From an uncultured archaeon (GTDB taxonomy: Archaea > Iainarchaeota > Iainarchaeia > Iainarchaeales > JAAZKV01), in the NCBI GenBank assembly GCA_902385225.1, contig CABMEU010000024.1, positions 5,606-69,605 of the forward strand: a stretch of DNA of 64,000 nt, written 5' to 3'. The position numbers and the translations under genes are program-made. The notes beneath the pieces were generated by a model. That model was not told the DNA's origin, ran no database searches, and saw only the letters and a list, made by a program, of their open reading frames with translations. How positions within the stretch are numbered: position 1 is the first letter of the stretch; every line of letters starts with the position of its first letter. Positions 45,786 to 53,908 of this stretch are shown here, piece by piece.

Positions 45786-46826
45786 CTATTGGTGTATTCC
45801 CTCCATGTGTTTTAGGTACTGCGGGTATGTAATGTATTCTTTTCTTGCGATGTAGTCATTTACCTTGCGTGCTTTTTTCTGCGCTTCGGTAATTTTTTTT
45901 GTTGCAGTAAAAATAAATGCGTCGCTTCCTGAACCGGAACCATAGGAGGTTACCAAAATTTTGTCTCCTGGTTTTGCGACATCAAGCACGCTTGCGAGTC
46001 CCAATATTGAGGAGCCTGAATAGGTGTTTCCGATTTTTGTGACAACTAGCCCCGCTTCGATTTGTTCTTTTGTCGCGCCGAATTGTTTTGCCATTCTTAG
46101 GGGGAACTTTCCATTCGGCATGTGGAATACAACGTATTTGAAGTCCGTGATTTTTGCTCCGCTTTTTTTAAGAATCATATCAGTTGCGCTCGAAACGTGT
46201 TTGAAGTATGCGGGTTCTCCTGTGAATCTTCCTGCGTGTGATGGGTAGGCTTGCATTGCTCTTCTCCAAAAATCAGGAGTATCGCTAGTGAATGAGCAAG
46301 TATAGTCAAGTGTTGCGACGCTTTCAGAATTTGGTCCAACAATAAATGCCGCTCCGCCTGCTGCCGCGCTGTACTCAAGCGCGTTTCCCGGTTCGGCTTG
46401 GGAAGTGTCCGCACCGATGCTTAATCCGTATTTTATCATTCCTGAGTCAACGAGCCCGGCGTTTATTTGTATTGTCGCGCTCCCTGCTTTGCATGCGAAT
46501 TCTGTATCAACCGCCATGTATGCGTTTCCAATATCAAGCGCTTCTCCAACAATTGATGCGGTTGGTTTTACTGCGTAGGGGTGGGATTCGCTTCCAACAT
46601 AAACCGAGCCGATTTGTTTTCTATCGATTCCGGCTCTAGCGAGCGCGTCGCGCGCGGCGTGAACTGAAATAGTGGCTGTGTCCTCATCTTTTCCAGGAAC
46701 ACTTTTTTCAGTTAAACCAAGTCCGGCTTTTATCGCGGCCGCGTCTGCGTTCTGTACTTCCGCAATTGTTTCGGCTTTTATCCTGTACTTAGGAATGTAT
46801 GAGCCCCATCCGACTATTCCTGCCAT
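45786..46826 (-). CDS. hydroxymethylglutaryl-CoA synthase
   Basis: MAGIVGWGSYIPKYRI and TEFACKAG (catalytic Cys region). ATG 46826 is preceded by GGTG. The ORF-track start 46874 has no SD. Confidence 0.9.
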   Translation of the reverse strand: MAGIVGWGSYIPKYRIKAETIAEVQNADAAAIKAGLGLTEKSVPGKDEDTATISVHAARDALARAGIDRKQIGSVYVGSESHPYAVKPTASIVGEALDIGNAYMAVDTEFACKAGSATIQINAGLVDSGMIKYGLSIGADTSQAEPGNALEYSAAAGGAAFIVGPNSESVATLDYTCSFTSDTPDFWRRAMQAYPSHAGRFTGEPAYFKHVSSATDMILKKSGAKITDFKYVVFHMPNGKFPLRMAKQFGATKEQIEAGLVVTKIGNTYSGSSILGLASVLDVAKPGDKILVTSYGSGSGSDAFIFTATKKITEAQKKARKVNDYIARKEYITYPQYLKHMEGIHQ

Positions 46827-46943
46827 AAAATCAACACCATGATTATCTCTCTTGACAATAAAAAACCTAGCCATTGGTTACAAAGATCATTTTCATAGCC
46901 AAAGCATTCAACGCCACTAATAACTACTCTCTAAGAATCCTGA

Positions 46944-46989
46944 TTTAAAAACCTTTCCAGAGAGACGAAACGGATTACGACAATTGACG
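46944..46989 (+). promoter_or_regulatory. 46-bp TATA plus ACGACAATTGACG module, copy 2 (HMGR-HMGS intergenic region)
   Basis: tttaaaaacctttccagagagaCGAAacggatTACGACAATTGACG, then GGGGGTTTTT. Confidence 0.5.
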
Positions 46990-47018
46990 TGCAAGGGGGT
47001 TTTTGGAGCGCGAATTAA

Positions 47019-48398
47019 TTAAGAAATAATCATTTTTCCCTTAGGCGGCGCATTTCCCCGAATTTCTTTAAGTATGCTTTCTGCTTTTCCCTGATTTACT
47101 TCTCTTGCTTCAACCATTCTTTGGGCGACCTCATCAATTTCTTTTTCAGTAGCGCCCGCCTGCACCGCAATGTTTTTTGCATGGAGCTTCATGTGGCCTG
47201 ATTGTATCCCCGCGGTTACTATCGCCCTCAACGCGGCAAAATTTTGTGATAATCCCACAGAAGCAATCACGCGCGCTAGTTCCTGCGCGGTTTTTACTCC
47301 AAGAATTTTAAGTGAGAGCTGCGCCATCGGGTGAATTTTTGTCGCGCCGCCGACGAGCCCAAGCGCAAGCGGAAGCTCAATTTCTCCAACTAAATCCCCG
47401 TTTTTATTTTTATAATATTTTGTAAGAGGAGTATAATTTCTTTGATAGCACGCATATGCGTGCGCGCCCGCTTCTATTGCGCGAAAATCATTTCCAGTCG
47501 CGATTACTACCGCGTCAATTCCATTCATTACTCCCTTGTTGTGCGTTGTTGCTCTAAATGGAGTTGCTACCGCAAACGCGTATGCGTCAAGTATTCTTTC
47601 AATTATTTCTTCCCCCTTAACTTCGCCTTTTGTGCTCTCATTAAGCATTTCTTTTGTCCAAACGGTTGTTGCGCTTGCCTTTCTGTAAATCGCAAGGTTG
47701 GAAATTATTTTTAGCCGCGCGTCCATCCCCGTGAGTTCTTCAAGTTTTGGGGCGAGTTTCTCAAGCATTGTGTTTATCGCGTTTGCGCCCATCGCGTCTC
47801 TTACATCAACAAGTAATTGCACTTCAATCATTTCGCCCCTCTCGGTCTTTAGCACTGTGGAGATTAAGTCTTTTGGTCCGCCCCCAAATTTCACGAGTAT
47901 TGGGTCAACGGTTTTTAAGAATTCCAATAGCTCTTTTTTTGCGGTCACAATTTTCAGCGCTGCGTTTGTAACATTCCCGTTGCTTGCGGTTGAGGGGCTC
48001 CCAGCGGGGTTTCCGTTTGAAGTTCCTATTACATTCTCGGAAGGATTTTCTGAAACTAACTGCACTTGCCCTATCATTATCGGGTCATCCGCTTTTGTTG
48101 TGAATCCACAGCTTAATTTCGCGCCGTTGCTTGCGGCGGCAACCACGCTTGGCTCTTCAAGAACAAAAGGAACAATGTAGTCTTTTCCATCAATAACAAA
48201 ATTAGTTGCAAGCCCCATGGGAAGCGGATACGTGCCTATTACGTTCTCAATTAATCTATTAGCCACTTCAAAAGGAAGCGGTCCTTCTTTTGTGAGAAGC
48301 GTTTTTTCAGAATCATTCATCGCGAATTCTCTTGCGGCTATTCGCTGGCGCTCGGCTATGCTCTTTTTGTAGAACCCTGCGAAATTTTCTTTATTCAT
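47019..48398 (-). CDS. hmgA: HMG-CoA reductase, class II-like
   Basis: ENVIGTYPLPMGLATNFVIDGKDYIVPFVLEEPSVVAAASNGAKL and DAMGANAIN match the class II (Pseudomonas mevalonii-type) layout. It contains an Asn/Ser/Gly-rich insertion. Confidence 0.9.
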   Translation of the reverse strand: MNKENFAGFYKKSIAERQRIAAREFAMNDSEKTLLTKEGPLPFEVANRLIENVIGTYPLPMGLATNFVIDGKDYIVPFVLEEPSVVAAASNGAKLSCGFTTKADDPIMIGQVQLVSENPSENVIGTSNGNPAGSPSTASNGNVTNAALKIVTAKKELLEFLKTVDPILVKFGGGPKDLISTVLKTERGEMIEVQLLVDVRDAMGANAINTMLEKLAPKLEELTGMDARLKIISNLAIYRKASATTVWTKEMLNESTKGEVKGEEIIERILDAYAFAVATPFRATTHNKGVMNGIDAVVIATGNDFRAIEAGAHAYACYQRNYTPLTKYYKNKNGDLVGEIELPLALGLVGGATKIHPMAQLSLKILGVKTAQELARVIASVGLSQNFAALRAIVTAGIQSGHMKLHAKNIAVQAGATEKEIDEVAQRMVEAREVNQGKAESILKEIRGNAPPKGKMIIS

Positions 48399-48500
48399 CT
48401 GCTCACCAAAATAAATACTCTCATTGTGTAATAAATATAAATCATGCCTCTGCTCTTAACTCTTTGGAGTTCTGTTTTTCTCAAAGTAAATCAAATGGAA

Positions 48501-49298
48501 TCATGCTTTTGGGCGGAGTATATGAAGAGGGGCTTTTGAGAAGGAAATTGTCACTTTGTCGCCTTTTGTTAGGTATCTGGGGTTTGCGGAGTCAAGCACA
48601 AGAATCATTTCCTCTTTTTTTGCGGTTAAGTTGAATTTTGTTTCCGGGCTTGAGAGTATTCTGCCAAATAATATTGCGGGCATCTGTCCGCCGCTGCCCT
48701 TATGCGCCTCTCTGACTAAAAATCTTGCCTCATTTAATTCGCAGTCAAATGGTTTTCCCTTTGCGGAGGCAAACCAGGAAGTGCTTCCTGTTCCTGTCGC
48801 GATTAAAACGCCTGAGCTCTTTTGTGATTCGGTTTTATCCCCAAAATTAATCTCATACTCTGCGAGTTTATAGGCTTTTTCGGAGCCGAAGAACACCTCG
48901 TTTAATACCGGCTCTTCAAGAGGGAAACCATTTATGCTTACAAGTAGTCTCTCGCGCACCCCTTCAGAATAATTTCCTTCAATAATACTCTCAAGTTTTG
49001 CAAGTTCTAAAATCCCAAAGCTTGAAAGCGCGCATGCTCCAGGATGGCTTTCAAGCCCGATGCAAACAACAGGCTGATTTGACACAAATCTGCATGTGCG
49101 AAGAAATGTTCCGTCAGTGCCGACTATTATTATAAGCGCGCCCGCCGGCAAATCTTCTTTTAATAAAATTGAGGCGGGTTTCTTTTTGCAGGAGATTTTC
49201 TTTGCGCGAAGCATTCTCTCAATTTCTTTTAGCGCGCTCCTTGTAGCAATATCCGGAACCTCTCTGTGAACGAGAAGCGCTTTTCTAAATTTTGCCAT
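48501..49298 (-). CDS. nadK: NAD kinase
   Basis: IIIVGTDGTFLR (GGDGT-like), VLNEVF and IATGTGSTSW motifs. Confidence 0.85.
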   Translation of the reverse strand: MAKFRKALLVHREVPDIATRSALKEIERMLRAKKISCKKKPASILLKEDLPAGALIIIVGTDGTFLRTCRFVSNQPVVCIGLESHPGACALSSFGILELAKLESIIEGNYSEGVRERLLVSINGFPLEEPVLNEVFFGSEKAYKLAEYEINFGDKTESQKSSGVLIATGTGSTSWFASAKGKPFDCELNEARFLVREAHKGSGGQMPAILFGRILSSPETKFNLTAKKEEMILVLDSANPRYLTKGDKVTISFSKAPLHILRPKA

Positions 49299-49376
49299 TT
49301 TTAATCACTAAGAATAAGCTTGGTTGGTATTAAATTTCTTTGTCTTCGGGTTCTAAGCAGAAGGATTATTTCAATT

Positions 49377-50726
49377 TTATATGTCTTTATTTGAGTGGTC
49401 AACCTTTGGAACAACCTTTTCCGCTTCATCGATTCTTTTTATTCCCATTGCGGCGTCGGCGGTTTTTCCGTCAAGGTATTTTATTATTTGCTGTGCGGCT
49501 TCTCTTCCCGCGTTTATTGCGTGAATTACTGTTTTTGGTCCGTGAACGCAGTCGCCAGCGGCGAATACGTTTGGTAAAATAGTCTGATGCTTTTCATTTA
49601 CCTGTATGCACCCGTCTTTTTCTGTTCGAAGAGGGGCTTTTAGAGAATCTTCATCATCGTGCTCCTGTCCTATCGCGTAAATCGCTTTTGTGCACTCAAG
49701 CTCTCCCTTAACATGATTCTCATAAATAATTTTTTCAACTTTTTCGTTTCCGGCAAATTCTTTTGCTTTTACTCCGAACAAGAATTTTACACCCTCTTCT
49801 TTTGCTTCTTCATAATCTTTTGGAGAGACATTTTTGAAAGCGTCTTTTTCTTCAGCAAAAGTCATGCAGGTCACATCTCCCCCAAGGCGCAGCGCGCTTC
49901 TTGCGGAATCAATTCCAACATATCCTGCCCCGATTATTACAACTTTTTCTCCCGGGGAAATCATCGGGATATTGCTTTGATTTAAATTTACTAAGAACTT
50001 CATCGCTGACATTACTCCCTTTAATCCAGAACCGGGGATATCAAGCACGCGTGATTTTCCTACTCCTGTTCCGACGAATACCGCGTCAAATCTTGTTGAA
50101 ATGCTTTCGAGTGATTCTTCGTTCACTTTCGCGTTCGGCTCAAAATCGATTCCGAGTTCGTGAAGTCCGGCTAGTTCTTTTGCAACCACGCTTTTTGGGA
50201 GGCGAAATTCCGGAACGCCGTATTTTATTACTCCGCCAAAAGAATTCGTTCCCTCAAACACGGTTACATGCATCCCGATTTGCGAGAGGTATGCCGCTAC
50301 TGCGAGCCCCGAGGGACCTGAGCCTATAATCGCGATTTTTTTTCCAACTAAGTTGTGGCGGGGAGGGTGAGGAGAATTATCTCCAATGAATCTTTCTATT
50401 CCTCCGATGCATACGGCGCCTTGAGGAGATTTTCCTAGGATGCATGCTCCTTCGCATTGCTTTTCCTGCTGGCATATTCTTCCGCAGATGCTTGGAAAAA
50501 AGTTTTTTTCTCTGATAATATTAACGGCTTTTACTACATCCCCTTCTCTAAAAGCTTTAATAAATCCGGGAATATTTACTCCGGCGGGGCATCCTTTTAT
50601 ACAGCCGGGTTCTTTGCATTGAATGCAGCGGTTTGCTTCCGCAATTGCAGCATCAAGAGTAAAGCCCACCTCGACTTCCTTAAAAGTGGTTTTTCTTTCT
50701 GCAAGCGCGAGTAATGGAACCTTCAT
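49377..50726 (-). CDS. GltD/SudA/NfnB-like NAD(P)H-dependent FAD/Fe-S oxidoreductase (glutamate synthase small-subunit family)
   Basis: CIQCKEPGCIKGCPAGVNIP, ICGRICQQEKQCEGAC, IAIIGSGPSGLAVAAYL and VFAAGDC. Confidence 0.88.
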   Translation of the reverse strand: MKVPLLALAERKTTFKEVEVGFTLDAAIAEANRCIQCKEPGCIKGCPAGVNIPGFIKAFREGDVVKAVNIIREKNFFPSICGRICQQEKQCEGACILGKSPQGAVCIGGIERFIGDNSPHPPRHNLVGKKIAIIGSGPSGLAVAAYLSQIGMHVTVFEGTNSFGGVIKYGVPEFRLPKSVVAKELAGLHELGIDFEPNAKVNEESLESISTRFDAVFVGTGVGKSRVLDIPGSGLKGVMSAMKFLVNLNQSNIPMISPGEKVVIIGAGYVGIDSARSALRLGGDVTCMTFAEEKDAFKNVSPKDYEEAKEEGVKFLFGVKAKEFAGNEKVEKIIYENHVKGELECTKAIYAIGQEHDDEDSLKAPLRTEKDGCIQVNEKHQTILPNVFAAGDCVHGPKTVIHAINAGREAAQQIIKYLDGKTADAAMGIKRIDEAEKVVPKVDHSNKDI

Positions 50727-50846
50727 CCGTTAACACCCTAAATACCCAAAAATTATCCTTTAATTTGTCTTCCAACGACAAGCCCTAACTATGCTTTCCA
50801 CTAAAGCGCTCACCATACGCTTGGAACAGATTATTTGGGAGTGGCA

Positions 50847-50892
50847 GTATAAAAAGCTTTGTAAAAAGCGAAGTCCTTTACGGCAATTGACG
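50847..50892 (+). promoter_or_regulatory. 46-bp TATA plus ACGGCAATTGACG module, copy 3 (gltD-like / binding-protein intergenic region)
   Basis: gtataaaaagctttgtaaaaagCGAAgtccttTACGGCAATTGACG, then AACAGGTTTTGATTTTTGG. Confidence 0.5.
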
Positions 50893-50913
50893 AACAGGTT
50901 TTGATTTTTGGTT

Positions 50914-52089
50914 TTAATTATAATCCACATTTGCGCCGTTTCTTATTATTGTCATTTTGATTGCTCTTTCCGCGTCCCCAAGGGCATTGATTTTGTATTT
51001 GCCGCTAACCCCATTCACTTCTCTAATTCCCTTAACATAAGCTGTAATGCATTCTGCTTGTCCTCCGCTGAGGGCTTGTCCTCCGCCGAGGGCTTGTCCT
51101 CCGCCGGGTGAATCTTCTCCGCATGCCCCTATCGCGCTCCTTAGTATCATGTAGTTATCATATCCAAGCGCCGCATATAATTCAGAGTCGCCGGAGGAGA
51201 ACCTTGCGCGATAATCCGCGAAAAACTTTTTTGTTGCCTCTGAATTAGCATCATAAGCGTATTGTGAGACTATTGTTCCTTCTGATATTCCCCCAAGCGC
51301 AAGCACCGGCTTAAATGCAAAGCTCTCGTTTCCGATTATTTGTTTTGTTATTCCAAGTTCCTTTGCCTGTTTTAATGAAATTATTCCTGTGGGCGCGGCG
51401 AGTATGAGAATCAGTATTGCGTCAGCATTTGTATCATTAAGTCTTGTGAGCTGTGTTTTGACATCAGTGTCCTTTGAGCCGAACGCTTCTTCGCCGACAA
51501 TGCTTCCCCCAAGCGACTCAAAACTTTGCTTAAACGAATCCTTCCATCCAATCGGATAATCATTTAACTCATACATTACCGCAATTTTTCTAAAGCCTTT
51601 TGAGTAAGCAACTTCAGCGGTTTTTGCAGCCATATCAACGGAGGAAGAGGAAATTCTAAAAAAGTTTTTCCCAATTCCAGAGAGTTTTGGGCTTGCGGCT
51701 ACGGGGGAGGAAAGCGAGAACGCGTTTTCATTTGCGTAAGCCGCAATTGCGATTGTTTGCCCGCTGAAAGCCGAAACAATTATTTTAGAAGAATCAACTT
51801 CAACAAGTTTTTTTGCGGCTGATAGGCCGGTGGCGGGGTCTGTTTTGTCATCCTCAAAAATAACCTGAATCTTTTTCCCATTAATATCAGGAAACTCTTC
51901 ATTCGCAAGTTCAAATCCCTGCTTTGCGCTAATCCCGGTTCCCGCCCCCGGACCCGAAAGCGGCGCGATAAAGCCGATTTTTATTATTTTATTATCAGCA
52001 GATTCTTTTACAGGAATTGTATAATAATTCAAGGCAAGCGCAACAATAAGTACTGCAATCAAAATTATAAGCGCATGAAATTTTTTCAT
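50914..52089 (-). CDS. orphan type-I solute-binding protein (Leu/Ile/Val-binding, LivK-like) with an N-terminal membrane anchor
   Basis: The anchor is ALIILIAVLIVALAL. IKIGFIAPLSGPGAGTGISAKQG is typical of branched-chain amino-acid binding proteins. No permease or ATPase genes lie nearby. Confidence 0.82.
   Translation of the reverse strand: MKKFHALIILIAVLIVALALNYYTIPVKESADNKIIKIGFIAPLSGPGAGTGISAKQGFELANEEFPDINGKKIQVIFEDDKTDPATGLSAAKKLVEVDSSKIIVSAFSGQTIAIAAYANENAFSLSSPVAASPKLSGIGKNFFRISSSSVDMAAKTAEVAYSKGFRKIAVMYELNDYPIGWKDSFKQSFESLGGSIVGEEAFGSKDTDVKTQLTRLNDTNADAILILILAAPTGIISLKQAKELGITKQIIGNESFAFKPVLALGGISEGTIVSQYAYDANSEATKKFFADYRARFSSGDSELYAALGYDNYMILRSAIGACGEDSPGGGQALGGGQALSGGQAECITAYVKGIREVNGVSGKYKINALGDAERAIKMTIIRNGANVDYN
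51056..51109. repeat. in-frame 18-nt tandem repeat (about 3 copies) inside the binding-protein gene
   Basis: gcttgtcctccgcYgagg is repeated head to tail. It encodes GGGQAL-GGGQAL-SGGQA on the minus strand. Confidence 0.85.
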
Positions 52090-52123
52090 TTAATCACTAA
52101 AAGTAAGTATAATTTAGGAGGAA

Positions 52124-53182
52124 TTAATTCTCCATCCATTCCTTTAATTTTCCAAGAATTATCGGTTTCTCGGAGTGGAGCTGCGCGATGTTTTTGCATC
52201 CGACAAGGAAGGATGCTATCTCCATTTCTTTCTTCAAATCAGTTAATTGTTTTTTTATTCCGGCGCTTCCGTTTTTTGTCTGTGCTTTTAGCATTGGCAT
52301 CGCGCTTCCAACCATATCCGCTCCAAGCACAAGCGCTTTTACGGCATCAATTCCGTTTCTTATTCCTCCGGAGGCGATTACTTTTTTTCCTGTGCCGTGT
52401 ATTGCGCTCTTTACCTGCATTAATGAAACGGCAGTAGGCAAACCAAAATCCCTGAAAATTTCTCCAAATCCGGTTTTGTGTCTTAGTGAATCAACAGCTG
52501 TCCAGCTTGTTCCGCCCGCTCCCTGTGTGTCAATCGCTTTTATTTTTGTATCCTTTAGTGCAAATGCAACTTCATATGATACTCCGTGTCCTACTTCTTT
52601 CACATAAACTGGAACGCTGATTTTGTCCGCGAACTCGGCGATTTTTTCAATTAGCCCCGAGAAATCCGCGTCCCCTTCGGGTTGAACCGCTTCCTGCGCT
52701 GCATTGAGATGTATTGCGAGCGCATCGGCTTCAATTGCGCCAAGCGCGCCGTTTAAGTCGTCAGGAGAGAATTGTTTTAATTGCGCGGCGCCAATATTTC
52801 CGGCAAGGAAAATATCCGGAGCCACATCTCTTACAAAATAAGTTTCTGTTAATGATGGGTGCTGCAGCATTGCTCTCATGCTTCCAAGACCCATTCCTAT
52901 TCCGATTGCCTGACACGCCTCTGCGATATCAGTATTAACTTTCTTTGATACTGCCGCTCCGCCGGTAATTGCGGAAACAATAAATGGAAATGAAAACTTT
53001 TTTCCTAAAAACTCAGTGCTCAAATCAACATCATTCATGCTTATTTGTGGTAGGCACTTATAATTTAGTTCAACGCACTCAAGCAGAGTGGTTTTTTCGT
53101 GGAACGAAACGTCCTTTGTGGCGGAGAGCCTCAAGTGATCGGCTTTTCGTTTTTCGATTTGCGACACCATAAATAACACCAT
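52124..53182 (-). CDS. fni: isopentenyl-diphosphate delta-isomerase, type 2 (FMN-dependent)
   Basis: KRKADHLRL, SAITGG and ASGGIRNGID TIM-barrel FMN pattern. Its ATG overlaps the upstream stop (TAATG). Confidence 0.9.
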   Translation of the reverse strand: MVLFMVSQIEKRKADHLRLSATKDVSFHEKTTLLECVELNYKCLPQISMNDVDLSTEFLGKKFSFPFIVSAITGGAAVSKKVNTDIAEACQAIGIGMGLGSMRAMLQHPSLTETYFVRDVAPDIFLAGNIGAAQLKQFSPDDLNGALGAIEADALAIHLNAAQEAVQPEGDADFSGLIEKIAEFADKISVPVYVKEVGHGVSYEVAFALKDTKIKAIDTQGAGGTSWTAVDSLRHKTGFGEIFRDFGLPTAVSLMQVKSAIHGTGKKVIASGGIRNGIDAVKALVLGADMVGSAMPMLKAQTKNGSAGIKKQLTDLKKEMEIASFLVGCKNIAQLHSEKPIILGKLKEWMEN

Positions 53183-53898
53183 TAATTTTTCAATAAATTG
53201 TGTTTCCTTCTAAACGCCAGTTCCGCTTCAGTGAACACCGCTTTTTCCTTCCCAAGAATATTTGCTATTTCCGCTTCTGCCTCAACTTTAACTAGCGTCA
53301 TTACAGAAAAATCAACTCCCACATAAAGCGGGTTTTTTCTCCCAGTTGGGTGAAATACAAGCAGGGTTTTTACTGCATCACCCATATTTGCGTCGCTTTT
53401 TGCAAACTCTTTCTCGCTTCTCCCATACTTTGCGAGTTCTGCCTGCGCCCGCCCCACAAACTGCTGCAACCCAACTACACTTTCCCCCGCTTTTTTGTCC
53501 CTTTTGATTCTCTCATTTAAATTCTTAATTAAATACCTGCAAAGTTTTTTTGCGGCTCTTTCTTCGCAGACTCCTTTATTGCCTCTTGCAATAGCTGCGG
53601 CCTTCGCTATTCTAAATAAATCAAGTGTGTGGTGCATCTGCGCCCAGGGCATTCCAATTTCTTTGAGAAGTTCTCTTCTCTTTGCCATTACAGCCTCATT
53701 TCTCTCCGCAAACACCGCAAGCGGTTTTTCTAATTTGGGTATTATCCCCAGTGAAGGATTGTAAGAAAGAGGGTATTTTCTTCCAAGAAGTACTTCCCGT
53801 CTTGCATTTCTCTGTGAGTATCTTGAGGGCAGTGAAATATTCTTTACAGCCTGCCTTACAGTCCGGCCAGCTAATTTTAGTCCTGAGATTTTTTGCAT
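53182..53898 (-). CDS. hypothetical 238-aa helical protein inserted between GGPP synthase and IDI2
   Basis: Intact ORF. ATG 53898 is preceded by AGTGA, directly after the GGPPS stop. Its stop overlaps the IDI2 start. No recognised domain. Confidence 0.58.
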   Translation of the reverse strand: MQKISGLKLAGRTVRQAVKNISLPSRYSQRNARREVLLGRKYPLSYNPSLGIIPKLEKPLAVFAERNEAVMAKRRELLKEIGMPWAQMHHTLDLFRIAKAAAIARGNKGVCEERAAKKLCRYLIKNLNERIKRDKKAGESVVGLQQFVGRAQAELAKYGRSEKEFAKSDANMGDAVKTLLVFHPTGRKNPLYVGVDFSVMTLVKVEAEAEIANILGKEKAVFTEAELAFRRKHNLLKN

Positions 53899-53908
53899 AA
53901 ATTTCACT

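Noticed and set aside
42323-45786. Operon-embedded orphan ORFs considered as homing endonucleases or parts of an integrated mobile element
   Set aside because: I could find no GIY-YIG, HNH, LAGLIDADG, PD-(D/E)xK, transposase or integrase motifs, and no flanking direct or inverted repeats. The selfish-element idea is kept only as an alternative hypothesis in the findings.
49340-49582. 80-aa plus-strand ORF (Arg/Phe/Leu-rich) at the 3' end of the GltD-like gene
   Set aside because: It overlaps a well-supported minus-strand CDS, has low-complexity composition and lacks an initiation signal.
51056-51109. Tandem repeats checked as a possible CRISPR array. The NG micro-repeat at 32967-32990 was checked too.
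   Set aside because: The units are 18 nt or 6 nt, contiguous without spacers, in-frame inside CDSs, and no cas genes are present.
50908-51111. 67-aa plus-strand ORF ending in SSAEGLSSAEGLSSAG
   Set aside because: It is the antisense reading of the 18-nt tandem repeat inside the binding-protein gene. The minus-strand frame has clear family motifs.
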